35,089 nt of DNA from an uncultured bacterium (lineage in GTDB: Bacteria; Deinococcota; Deinococci; Deinococcales; Trueperaceae), in assembly GCA_964587295.1 (NCBI GenBank), contig CAZPLV010000002.1, positions 1,458 through 36,546 on the forward strand, read 5' to 3'. Below, piece after piece: positions 1-8,193 of the stretch. The translations under genes were made by a program, and so were the position numbers. Each line of letters starts with the position of its first letter. The first letter of the stretch is position 1. The notes below the pieces were generated by a model, which did no database searches, had not been told where the DNA came from, and was given only the letters and a program-made list of their open reading frames with translations.

Positions 1-573
1 GTAATGGTCGGCCGTCACATCGCAGAAGCCGGCAGCCGCAGCATTGCCATTGACAACGAGTACGGCGGCCTGCTTGCCGCACGTCACCTGACGGACAACG
101 GCCACCGGGTGATCGGGCATCTGACCGGCCCGCTGAGCTTCCCCGACAGCCGGGCGCGTCTGCAGGGTTACCGCCAGGGCCTGGAAGAGGCAGGCATTGC
201 CTTCGACGACACGCTGGTCATCGAGTCCGACTGGCTTGAGGAGGGCGGCTACCAGGCAACGATGCGTCTGCTGAAACGCCGGCCCGACATCACTGCGGTT
301 TTCGCAGGCAACGACCAGATGGCAATAGGTTCCTATCAGGCGCTGCGGGCAACTGGCAAGCGCATTCCGGATGACATTTCAGTGGTGGGCTTCGACGATG
401 TCGTTTTCGCCCGCTACCTTTACCCGACGCTGACCACAGTCCGCCAGCCGCTGCTGGAGATGGGTGAGGCAGCCGCAGGCCTCGTTCTGGCCGCCCTCAG
501 GGGCGAGAAACCGGAGGTGACTGAACAGTTCGAACCTGAACTTGCCGTAAGACAATCCGTGCGCAGGCTGTGA
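1..573 (+). CDS. LacI/GalR-family transcriptional regulator, effector-binding domain only (5' end outside window)
   Basis: Frame 1 is open from base 1. Translation carries LacI-family C-domain blocks (ITAVFAGNDQMAIG, IPDDISVVGFDD, PTLTTVRQP). Stop TGA at 571-573. Same strand as, and 55 nt upstream of, a sugar ABC operon. Confidence 0.85.
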   Translation, partial: VMVGRHIAEAGSRSIAIDNEYGGLLAARHLTDNGHRVIGHLTGPLSFPDSRARLQGYRQGLEEAGIAFDDTLVIESDWLEEGGYQATMRLLKRRPDITAVFAGNDQMAIGSYQALRATGKRIPDDISVVGFDDVVFARYLYPTLTTVRQPLLEMGEAAAGLVLAALRGEKPEVTEQFEPELAVRQSVRRL

Positions 574-628
574 CCGGCGCCGCAACCCTGAGACTTCCCG
601 GCTTGACCCCTTGAAGGAGCCATAACGG

Positions 629-1858
629 ATGAAAAAACTGACTGCACTGCTTGCTGCTGCGCTGCTGGGCGCCGCTGTCGCCCAGACAACCCTGACCATC
701 GCGGTCTACCCGGATCTGGACTCACACCTGGACGTAGTACTGCCCATTTTCCACGAAGAGAACCCGGACATCATCGTCGAGATGGTGCGCCGTGAGCACG
801 GCGACCACCACAACGGCCTGGTCACCGAGCTGGCCGCCTCAACCGGTGCCGCGGACGTTGTTGCGCTTGACGTTGAGTTCGTAGCCCGTTTCCTGGCCTC
901 CGGCGCACTCGTTGACCTGGCGCAGGAACCCTACAATGCCGGCCAATATCAGGACCTTTATGCGCCCTACTCCTGGTCGCAGATTTCCACGGCTGACGGC
1001 CGCACCATCGCCCTCCCCGGCGACCTTGGTCCGGGCGTGCTGTTCCTGCGCCGCGACATCCTGGAGCAGGTCGGCACCACCGCGGATGAAGTGACCGCAA
1101 GCTGGGACGCCTACCTTGACTACGGCCGCGCGGTTGTCGAGCAGACCGACGCATACCTGCTGACGAACGCAGCAGATGTTGCCCGCGCCTACTTCCAGAG
1201 CAACGTGCCCGAAGGCGAAGGCTTCTTCTTCGACGCCGACGGCAACGTGACTGTCACTTCCGACCGCTTCGTGCGCGCTTTCGAAATCGCCCAGACCATC
1301 CGCGAAGAGGGTCTCGACGCCCAGATCGGTGACTGGAGCAACGAGTGGTACGAAGCGTTCAACTCCGGCACCACCGCCAGCCAGTTCAGTGGCGCCTGGC
1401 TGCTCGGCCACCTGCAGAACTGGATGGCCCCTGACACCAGTGGCCTGTGGATCACCTCCAACTTCCCGGAGGACACCTTCGGCTCATGGGGCGGAACGCA
1501 CTACGCCATCCCCGAGCAGTCCCAGAACAAGGAAGCTGCCTGGAAGCTGGTCCAGTTCCTGAGCACCCGTCCCGAGATCCAGCTGTCGGCATTCCACACC
1601 ACGGCTGCCTTCCCGGCCGTAACCAGCACCTATGAGGATGAGAGCTTCGACGAGGCCATCGAGTTCCTCGGCGGCCAGGACGCCCGTAACCTGTTCGCAC
1701 AGGTTGCCCAGAACACCCCCGGTGTGGCTGTGACCGAGTACGACCACATCGCACTCGAGATCGTGCAGTCCGCACTGACCGAAGTGCTCAACAACGGTCG
1801 TGACATCGACGCAGCCCTCGAGGACGCTGCGGCCCAGATTCAGCGGCGCGCCCGCTGA
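629..1858 (+). CDS. Extracellular solute-binding protein of a CUT1-type carbohydrate ABC importer
   Basis: 409 aa with signal peptide MKKLTALLAAALLGAAVAQ. Aromatic-rich mature part is typical of family-1 sugar SBPs. GAAGGAG RBS at 613-619, 9 nt before the ATG. Followed directly by two MalF/MalG-type permease genes. Confidence 0.85.
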   Translation: MKKLTALLAAALLGAAVAQTTLTIAVYPDLDSHLDVVLPIFHEENPDIIVEMVRREHGDHHNGLVTELAASTGAADVVALDVEFVARFLASGALVDLAQEPYNAGQYQDLYAPYSWSQISTADGRTIALPGDLGPGVLFLRRDILEQVGTTADEVTASWDAYLDYGRAVVEQTDAYLLTNAADVARAYFQSNVPEGEGFFFDADGNVTVTSDRFVRAFEIAQTIREEGLDAQIGDWSNEWYEAFNSGTTASQFSGAWLLGHLQNWMAPDTSGLWITSNFPEDTFGSWGGTHYAIPEQSQNKEAAWKLVQFLSTRPEIQLSAFHTTAAFPAVTSTYEDESFDEAIEFLGGQDARNLFAQVAQNTPGVAVTEYDHIALEIVQSALTEVLNNGRDIDAALEDAAAQIQRRAR

Positions 1859-1875
1859 GGCAACACCTTTCCGGT

Positions 1876-1905
1876 GGCAGGGGAGCGTTTCGGCGCTCCC
1901 CTGCC
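1876..1905 (+). terminator. GC-rich 12-bp perfect hairpin between SBP and permease genes (partial terminator or mRNA stabiliser)
   Basis: GGCAGGGGAGCG (1876-1887), loop tttcgg, CGCTCCCCTGCC (1894-1905). Followed by TCTC and then the AGGAGG RBS, with no long U tract. Confidence 0.45.
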
Positions 1906-1921
1906 TCTCAGGAGGATGGCC

Positions 1922-2905
1922 ATGATTAAGCACAGCTCTGCAGACCAGGAACGGTTGCCGTTTGGAAAGCGCTGGTACCGCTTCCAGCGGCGCTATGCGC
2001 CCTATATATTCGTCAGTCCGTTCTTCCTGCTGTTCCTCGGCTTCGGTTTCTTCCCGACCCTGTTCTCCATGTACCTGTCATTCCAGAAGTGGAACCCTGT
2101 GCAGGGCCTGTCCAGTATGGAGTTCATCGGCCTGGAAAACTACCAGCTGCTGCTGACCGACCCCTGGTTCTGGCAGGCTCTCGGTAACACCGTCTGGCTG
2201 GCAATCGCATCGGGACTGCCGCAGCACCTGATTGCCATTCCACTGGCATTCCTGATCGTCAGTGGTTTCAATTCGCTCCGGCATCCGCTGACAGCGGCCT
2301 ATTTTTTGCCCTATATCACTTCGACGGTGGCCGTGGCTATCGTCTTCCAGACGCTGTTCGGTACGCAGTTCGGCGTCGTCAACCAGTTCCTTGGTGCCCT
2401 GGCCGAATGGCCGGTCACCTCCTGGCTGGTTTCAGGGCTGAGCCAACCCATCAACTGGCTCGGCCGCTTTGAGTTCATCAAGCCTGCGATATCCACCCTG
2501 GTCGTCTGGAAGTACTTCGGCTTCAACGTGGTGCTTTACTCAGCCGGCCTGGCTACGATTCCGAAGGAATATTACGAAGCCGCCTCAATCGATGGTGCCG
2601 GTTCATGGCAGCGTTTCCGCTTCATCACCCTGCCGCTGCTGCGGCCGATCATGTTCTTCGCTGCCACCCTGACCATCATCGGCAACCTGCAGCTGTTCGA
2701 CGAGCCCTACATCATGGTCGGCTCCGATGGCGGCACCGGCCGGTCCGGCATGACCGTCGCAATGTACCTGTACCGCCTCGGCTTCGAGTGGAATGACATG
2801 GGCACCGCCGCGGCCATGTCCTGGGCGCTGTTCGTAATCATCGGCGTTGGCACGGTGGCACAGTTCCTGCTGTTCGGCCGGCGCAGCCTTGAGATGAGGG
2901 AGTGA
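1922..2905 (+). CDS. Carbohydrate ABC transporter permease (MalF/UgpA-like)
   Basis: Multi-TM protein with EAA loop EAASIDGAGSWQRFRFITLPLLRP. I prefer the ATG at 1922 because AGGAGG (1910-1915) lies 6 nt upstream. The longer ORF starts (1874, 1916) would run through the hairpin or abut the RBS. Confidence 0.85.
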   Translation: MIKHSSADQERLPFGKRWYRFQRRYAPYIFVSPFFLLFLGFGFFPTLFSMYLSFQKWNPVQGLSSMEFIGLENYQLLLTDPWFWQALGNTVWLAIASGLPQHLIAIPLAFLIVSGFNSLRHPLTAAYFLPYITSTVAVAIVFQTLFGTQFGVVNQFLGALAEWPVTSWLVSGLSQPINWLGRFEFIKPAISTLVVWKYFGFNVVLYSAGLATIPKEYYEAASIDGAGSWQRFRFITLPLLRPIMFFAATLTIIGNLQLFDEPYIMVGSDGGTGRSGMTVAMYLYRLGFEWNDMGTAAAMSWALFVIIGVGTVAQFLLFGRRSLEMRE

Positions 2906-2906
2906 G

Positions 2907-3788
2907 ATGGCCGTAACCACTGCGACCCGAAACCAGGAGAAAGCCGACACCAGGACCAGACGTTTCCGGCTGAAGCCCGGCCGCCTGGCAACCGCACTGA
3001 CGCTCGTTCTGCTGGCTGTGATCACAATCCTGCCGTTTTACCTCATGTTCGTGTGGGCCACGCATGACCGCTCAACGATTTTCTCCGCGCCGCCGCCGTT
3101 CTGGTTCGGCGATGATCTGAGCCGCAACCTGGATGCCCTGACCAAGGACGTCCCCTTTTACCGGAACATGTGGAACAGCGTTTATATAGCCGTGATGGCC
3201 ACGGTAACCAAACTGTTCTTCTGCAGCCTGGGCGGTTTCGCCTTTGCGCTGTATGACTTCCGTGGCAAACGCCTGCTGTTCGGCATAGTCATTGCCAGCC
3301 TGCTGCTGCCGTCGCTGATCAACATCATTCCGCACTTCCTGGTGATCGACCTGATCGGCTGGCTGGATACACCGCGTTCCCTGTGGGTGCCGGGAATGGC
3401 CGATGCTTTCGGCATATTCCTCATGCGGCAGTTCATAGCCTCCACGATCAGCCGTGAACTCATGGATGCGGCCCGGATCGACGGTGCCAGCGAGTTCCGC
3501 ATCTTCCGCAGCATCGCCGTGCCCCTGATCCGCCCGGGCATGGCGACACTGGGGCTGCTCACCTTCATCGGCATGTGGAACAGCTTCATGGGACCGCTCG
3601 TCCTGCTCCGCTCACGGGACACCTACACGCTGCCGCTGGCGCTGCGCAGCCTGCAGGGACTGGTCAGTACCGACTGGGGTGCGGTCATGGTCGGCACGGC
3701 GCTGGCGGTGTTGCCACTGTTCATAATCTTCTTCCTGGCGTCCAGACAGGTGATCGAGGGCCTCACCGCCGGTTCGGTCAAGGGCTGA
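2907..3788 (+). CDS. Carbohydrate ABC transporter permease (MalG/UgpE-like)
   Basis: 293 aa, six predicted TM segments, EAA loop MDAARIDGASEFRIFRSIAVPLIRPG. The ATG is 1 nt after the upstream stop. Confidence 0.9.
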   Translation: MAVTTATRNQEKADTRTRRFRLKPGRLATALTLVLLAVITILPFYLMFVWATHDRSTIFSAPPPFWFGDDLSRNLDALTKDVPFYRNMWNSVYIAVMATVTKLFFCSLGGFAFALYDFRGKRLLFGIVIASLLLPSLINIIPHFLVIDLIGWLDTPRSLWVPGMADAFGIFLMRQFIASTISRELMDAARIDGASEFRIFRSIAVPLIRPGMATLGLLTFIGMWNSFMGPLVLLRSRDTYTLPLALRSLQGLVSTDWGAVMVGTALAVLPLFIIFFLASRQVIEGLTAGSVKG

Positions 3789-3789
3789 G

Positions 3790-5988
3790 GTGAAAGTCCG
3801 CCGCATGATCTCAACAATCTCGGTCGCACTGCTCAGTGCCGGCAGCCTGGCCGGAGCGCAGCAGCCGGCCGGTCTTGAGCCGGGCTCGCTGCTGGAGCGG
3901 CCGCCGGCCCAGATCCGCCTTCCGCAGCAGGAAATCTGGCGCAGTGCAGAGCTGAGTGGGCCGGCGCCGACCAACCGCTGGTGGAGCTCGCTTCTGTGGG
4001 ACCGCTATTCACTGCCGGTGTTCTCAGACCCGTTTTCGCTGCGGGCCAGGGCCGACGGACTCGCGTTTGGCTGGCCGGAAACGGTCGTCAGTGACGAAGG
4101 CTTCCGGGCCGCGCACCGTGATTCGCTGCGGCTGAGCGTACCCGGCATGAGGGCCGAGGCTGCACTCGTGAGCGGTTTCAGCGACTGGTCTGTCGATCTC
4201 AGCTGGCACACGGAGGAGGACGGGCAACTGCTGGCGACCATAGTTAAAGGCAGCCCGTACCTGTGGTTCACCGCTCCGGACGGTGAAGCTGAACTGCTTG
4301 GCGGAGAATTCAGAGGCATTTCGGAGCATGACGGTGTCCAGGCAGCGCTGATGAATGCGGACGGCAGGAGTTTCCTGCTGTTGGTACCCCCTGAGGCCAG
4401 CATCGAAGCTGAGTCCGGCCGGTTGTTCATCAGCAGCACAGGCAAGCTGGACCTGGCGGTGGCGGCCGTACCGGAAACTGACGGTGCCGCCGAACTGCTT
4501 GCCCGTCATGTATTCGAGCGGCCGGGTGAAACCCGCACCGGCTGGCGCTGGCTGCGTGACCAGGGAATCGTTGAGGTCACATTTGATTTCGGAACGGAAC
4601 AGCCGGTGCTGACCGGTCTGTACCCGCACCAGTACACACGCAGCAACGCGGCACTCACCGATATCGCCTATGACACGCCGCGCGGTGAACTGCGCCTGGC
4701 GCTCACACAGGGATTCAGCGTACGGCTGCCGTTCCGGGGGGTGCAGCCCGCACTCCCGGCTGGTGAACGAGCCGGTGAAGCTGCCGCTGAACTGCAGCGT
4801 TACGTAAACAGCACCAGCCGCATGTTCGGCCTCATGCCGGGGCAGACCCGCGAATCGGACTCGTATTCAGACGGCAAGAGTTTCGGCCGCCTTGCGAGCC
4901 TCCTCACCATCGCGGATCAGCTTGCAGACACGGTCTCGGCCGAGCGGCTGCTGACTGAACTGAAGGAGAGGCTTGAGGACTGGTTCGACGCCGGCCAGTC
5001 GCCTTACCTTTATTACGATCCCCACTGGGGTGCTCTTCTGGCCAGCCCGACCTCACACGGACACGATGCGGAGCTCAATGACCATCCCTTCCATTACGGC
5101 TACTTTCTGCAGGCGGCAGCCAGCGTCGCCGAGCGCGACCCTGACTGGGCGCAGACGTACGGCCCGATGGTTGACCTGATCATCCGTGACACGGCGGCAG
5201 GCCGTGATGACCCGCTGTTCCCGTTCCTGAGGGCAGTCGATCCGTATACGGGTCACGGCTGGGCCTCGGGGAGCGGCCGCTACGACCGCGGCAACAACCT
5301 GGAATCATCAAGTGAGGCCATCAACCACGCCGCGGGGCTGGTGCGCTGGGCCGAAGCGACCGGCAATGCCGCGCTGCTTGAGCTGGGCGTATACCTTTAC
5401 GCCAGTCAGGTCGACGCCGTCTGGCAGTACTGGTTTGCCGCCGGCGGCAATTTCCCGGCCGGTTTTGAACGCAGCGCAATCGGCATCCTCTGGAGTGACG
5501 GGGGCGCCTACGGAACCTGGTGGACCGGCGATCCCGGAGCGATTCACGGAATCAACTTCCTGCCTCTCACCAGTGGGTCGGCCTATCTTGCCCGCGACCG
5601 TGACTTCGTGATGGACAACTACCGGACGATGACCGACGGCCGCGCGCATTACTGGCCCGACATCGCCCTGCAGTACCTGGCCTACGCCGATCCGGAAGCG
5701 GCCCTCGCCGAGTGGAATGCGGACTTGCCTGTGGAATTCGGGGAAAGCAGGGCCAAGACACTCTGGTACCTGAGCAGTCTGGCGACACACGGAACGCCTG
5801 ATCCCGAGCTGTGGTCAGACTTCGCGCAGAGCGGGGTGCAGTCCACTCCCGCAGGCCGTACCTATCTGGCCCGGAACTCCGCCGATTACGACCGCCCGGT
5901 CGTCTTCGCGGACGGAACCAGTTTCATCGTGCCCGCCGGTTCACTGGGCGAGCTGCATGTGGAGGCAACAGATGACGAATCGCAGTGA
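3790..5988 (+). CDS. Secreted glycoside hydrolase family 81 endo-beta-1,3-glucanase (laminarinase)
   Basis: 732 aa with signal peptide MKVRRMISTISVALLSAGSLAGA/QQ. GH81 signature blocks NDHPFHYGYFLQAAA and RGNNLESSSEAINHAAG (E-x3-E) are present. GTG start is 1 nt after the permease stop; an alternative ATG lies at 3805. Confidence 0.8.
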   Translation: MKVRRMISTISVALLSAGSLAGAQQPAGLEPGSLLERPPAQIRLPQQEIWRSAELSGPAPTNRWWSSLLWDRYSLPVFSDPFSLRARADGLAFGWPETVVSDEGFRAAHRDSLRLSVPGMRAEAALVSGFSDWSVDLSWHTEEDGQLLATIVKGSPYLWFTAPDGEAELLGGEFRGISEHDGVQAALMNADGRSFLLLVPPEASIEAESGRLFISSTGKLDLAVAAVPETDGAAELLARHVFERPGETRTGWRWLRDQGIVEVTFDFGTEQPVLTGLYPHQYTRSNAALTDIAYDTPRGELRLALTQGFSVRLPFRGVQPALPAGERAGEAAAELQRYVNSTSRMFGLMPGQTRESDSYSDGKSFGRLASLLTIADQLADTVSAERLLTELKERLEDWFDAGQSPYLYYDPHWGALLASPTSHGHDAELNDHPFHYGYFLQAAASVAERDPDWAQTYGPMVDLIIRDTAAGRDDPLFPFLRAVDPYTGHGWASGSGRYDRGNNLESSSEAINHAAGLVRWAEATGNAALLELGVYLYASQVDAVWQYWFAAGGNFPAGFERSAIGILWSDGGAYGTWWTGDPGAIHGINFLPLTSGSAYLARDRDFVMDNYRTMTDGRAHYWPDIALQYLAYADPEAALAEWNADLPVEFGESRAKTLWYLSSLATHGTPDPELWSDFAQSGVQSTPAGRTYLARNSADYDRPVVFADGTSFIVPAGSLGELHVEATDDESQ

Positions 5989-7297
5989 CTTTCCGGCTGA
6001 CTTCATTTTTGGCACGGCCACGTCCTCATACCAGATTGAAGGTGCGACGGAGGCCGATGGCCGGGGCCCATCCATCTGGGACACATTTGCCGCCACACCC
6101 GGAAAGATTATCGACGGCAGTGACGGCAGTATCGCCTGCGATCACTACAACCGCTGGCCGGATGACCTGGACCTCATCAGGGATCTGGGCATGCAGGCTT
6201 ACCGCTTCTCCGTGGCCTGGCCGCGGGTGGTGCCCGGCGGTACGGGAGAGGTGGAGCCGAGAGGGCTGGATTTCTATGACCGGCTTGTGGACGGGTTGCT
6301 TGAACGGGGTATCGAGCCCCACGTAACCCTGTACCACTGGGATCTGCCCCAGGCACTGTCCGACAGGGGTGGCTGGCTGAGCCGCGATACGGCCCTGGCC
6401 TTCGGAGACTACTGCGCTGCCCTTGCCGGCCGTCTGGGGGACAGGCCGGTGGCGTACTCGACCCTCAATGAACCCTGGTGTTCGTCATTTCTCGGTTACC
6501 TGACAGGTGAGCACGCACCGGGGCAGCGCGACCGCCGCGCCGCGCTTCTGGCGTCCCACAACCTGCTGCTTGCCCACGGTTACGGCATGCAGGCCCTGCG
6601 CAGTGCGGCGCCGGGGGTGAATGCCGGCATCGTCCTCAATTTCAGTCCGGCTTATCCGGCGTCAGAATCGGAGGACGATGTTCAGGCAGCCCGGCGCCAT
6701 GACGGATTCTTCAACCGCTGGTTCGCGGATCCGGTTTTCCTTGGCAGGTATCCGGAGGACATGCTCGAGCTGTACGGCGACCTTGTGCCGGAACTTGCTG
6801 CCGCTGACCTTGACCAGATCCGGCAGCCCCTCGATTTCCTCGGGGTGAACTACTACAACAGGGCTGTCATCAGGAATGACCCGCGCGAGCCGCTCGGATA
6901 CAGCCATGTGCGCACGGACCTGGAACACACGGCGATGGACTGGGAGGTTTATCCGGATGCACTGCGTGACCTTCTGCTGCGCCTGCACCGGGATTACTCA
7001 CCCGCCCGGCTGTACGTGACCGAAAACGGTTCAGCTTATACGGATCCGGAACCGGAAGTTGGCCGGGTAGCCGATCCCGGTCGGACGGCTTACCTTCAGG
7101 ACCACATCAGGGCGAGCCTTGAGGCTGTTACCGCCGGCGTGCCGCTGAAAGGCTATTTTGCCTGGAGTCTGCTGGACAATTTTGAATGGGCGCACGGCTA
7201 TGGGAAAAGGTTCGGTATCGTGCATGTCGATTACGACAGCCAGGTGCGCACACCCAAGGACAGTGCGCTCTGGTACCAGGCTTTCCTGGGCCAGTGA
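5972..7297 (+). CDS. GH1 beta-glucosidase (cytoplasmic)
   Basis: FIFGTATSSYQIEG N-terminal block, acid/base LNEPW, nucleophile YVTENG, and no signal peptide. GGAGG at 5961-5965 lies 6 nt before ATG 5972, which is preferred over ATG 5957. Overlaps the GH81 3' end by 17 nt. Confidence 0.92.
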   Translation: MTNRSDFPADFIFGTATSSYQIEGATEADGRGPSIWDTFAATPGKIIDGSDGSIACDHYNRWPDDLDLIRDLGMQAYRFSVAWPRVVPGGTGEVEPRGLDFYDRLVDGLLERGIEPHVTLYHWDLPQALSDRGGWLSRDTALAFGDYCAALAGRLGDRPVAYSTLNEPWCSSFLGYLTGEHAPGQRDRRAALLASHNLLLAHGYGMQALRSAAPGVNAGIVLNFSPAYPASESEDDVQAARRHDGFFNRWFADPVFLGRYPEDMLELYGDLVPELAAADLDQIRQPLDFLGVNYYNRAVIRNDPREPLGYSHVRTDLEHTAMDWEVYPDALRDLLLRLHRDYSPARLYVTENGSAYTDPEPEVGRVADPGRTAYLQDHIRASLEAVTAGVPLKGYFAWSLLDNFEWAHGYGKRFGIVHVDYDSQVRTPKDSALWYQAFLGQ

Positions 7298-7336
7298 CTG
7301 CCTTGGGGCGCGCGGTTGCAGCGTGCCGCAAGGCAG
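7298..7336. terminator. Stem-loop filling the gap between convergent GH1 gene and lexA
   Basis: Outer stem CTGCCTTG (7298-7305) pairs with CAAGGCAG (7329-7336). After one G/G mismatch, an inner 7-bp stem (7307-7313 with 7321-7327, one G-T pair) closes a 7-nt loop. TTGTGT follows on the plus strand. There is no T tract for the minus-strand reading. Confidence 0.6.
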
Positions 7337-7341
7337 TTGTG

Positions 7342-7980
7342 TCAGTCGATGGTTTCAAGCAGGGAAGCTGTGACCGAGCCCCGCATGAGGCCAAGATAGG
7401 CACCCTCGACATTCACTCGTGCGGCCGGCACGGTAACCGGCTCAAAATCGGGATTATGCGGCCGCAGGGTGACCAGGTCCGGCTTCACGAAGTCCAGGTA
7501 CTTGAGGGTGACTTCGTTTTCATCCACCCGGACTGCGCAGATTTCCCCCGAGCGGTGCGGGCGTCGCTTCTCAAAAATGACTATGTCATCCGGCTGGATC
7601 AGATCAGCCATGGATTCACCCTCAACCCGCAGTGCAAAGCTGGCCTGGCGGATGCCCGGCAGGGGCAGGAACTCCTCGGCCAGCGCGGCTGCTTCACTCA
7701 GCTGGCCAGCCGGAATGCCGCCCAGCACCGGGATGCCGGTGGCGGCAGGGTGCAGCTGCAACAGGGGTGAACGGCCATGCCCCCGGCTTTCGAAACGCAG
7801 CAGACCCTTGCGGTCCAGCGCCTGCAGGTGCTGCTTCAGTGACACGTAGTGCACGTTGAGCTGCCGGGCGAACTCGGACAGGTCGGGCAGTGTGCCATAC
7901 CTGCCGTGGTGCTCCAGCAGGCGGTCGTAGACGCGCTGCTGGGCGGGCGGAAGCTGGATCTGTGCCTTGGCCTGTTCCAT
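7342..7980 (-). CDS. lexA: LexA-type SOS repressor (S24 self-cleaving peptidase)
   Basis: 212 aa with an N-terminal winged HTH. Ala-Gly cleavage site in VLGGIPAGQL, catalytic Ser in VEGESMADL, catalytic Lys in VTLKYL. Confidence 0.9.
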   Translation of the reverse strand: MEQAKAQIQLPPAQQRVYDRLLEHHGRYGTLPDLSEFARQLNVHYVSLKQHLQALDRKGLLRFESRGHGRSPLLQLHPAATGIPVLGGIPAGQLSEAAALAEEFLPLPGIRQASFALRVEGESMADLIQPDDIVIFEKRRPHRSGEICAVRVDENEVTLKYLDFVKPDLVTLRPHNPDFEPVTVPAARVNVEGAYLGLMRGSVTASLLETID

Positions 7981-7992
7981 ATGCTACCTTAG

Positions 7993-8021
7993 ATAGTAAG
8001 TGGATTGCTGGCGATTGTCAA
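7993..8021 (-). promoter_or_regulatory. Predicted sigma70-type promoter of lexA
   Basis: On the minus strand: TTGACA (8021-8016), 17-nt spacer, TACTAT (7998-7993). Only 12 nt separate the -10 box from the ATG at 7980. Confidence 0.55.
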
Positions 8022-8051
8022 GCCGGCGACATACCCGGGTCCGGCGCAGGG

Positions 8052-8083
8052 GTATAGACAGAACCCTACCCGTTCTGCTATAC
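8052..8083. promoter_or_regulatory. Imperfect 12+12 palindrome, candidate operator: GTATAG(a)CAGAAC-N7-GTTCTGCTATAC
   Basis: CAGAAC (8059-8064) and GTTCTG (8072-8077) are perfect inverted repeats around a 7-nt spacer. GTATAG (8052-8057) and CTATAC (8078-8083) extend the symmetry with one extra base (A8058). The palindrome covers both the -35 and -10 of the crp-like promoter. Confidence 0.5.
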
Positions 8084-8084
8084 T
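8055..8084 (+). promoter_or_regulatory. Predicted sigma70-type promoter of the Crp/Fnr-family gene
   Basis: TAGACA (8055-8060), 18-nt spacer, TATACT (8079-8084). This gives a 5' UTR of roughly 100 nt before the SD-preceded ATG at 8194. Confidence 0.5.
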
Positions 8085-8193
8085 TTCTGTAGTTGCTTGC
8101 GGGCCGCACAGCGCGCCGATCGTTCCCGAGGCGCCGGGTCCGTACCCCACACGAATGCAAACCTGTTTCAGCTTTCAGCAGAAAGGAAGAATT

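Noticed and set aside
574-628. LacI-type palindromic operator or promoter between the regulator and the SBP gene (contains TTGACC at 603-608).
   Set aside because: There is no matching -10 at a proper distance and no palindrome of the TGnnAnCG/CGnTnnCA type. The operator, if any, may lie upstream of the window.
1874-1921. Longer N-terminal extensions suggested by the ORF track: 1874 (permease), 5957 (GH1), 8005 (crp-like), 12820 (SLC13), 23681 (AddA-like) and 27631 (DoxX-like).
   Set aside because: The extensions run through a hairpin, a promoter or the preceding gene. They lack RBSs and add non-homologous residues. Internal starts with good SD spacing or stop/start overlap fit better.
7988-8000. 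CTTA-gatag-TAAG palindrome overlapping the lexA -10 box, considered as a LexA auto-operator.
   Set aside because: It has only 4-bp arms that cannot be extended, which is well within chance expectation. It is noted only as something to re-examine if a LexA motif is defined.
7981-8193. A Deinococcus RDRM (DdrO operator, roughly 17-bp TT..G...C..AA-type palindrome) in the lexA/crp intergenic region. Direct TTCTG repeats at 8073-8077 and 8085-8089 were also considered.
   Set aside because: I could not find a convincing RDRM-like palindrome by eye. The TTCTG repeat is short, and one copy is already explained as an arm of the larger palindrome.
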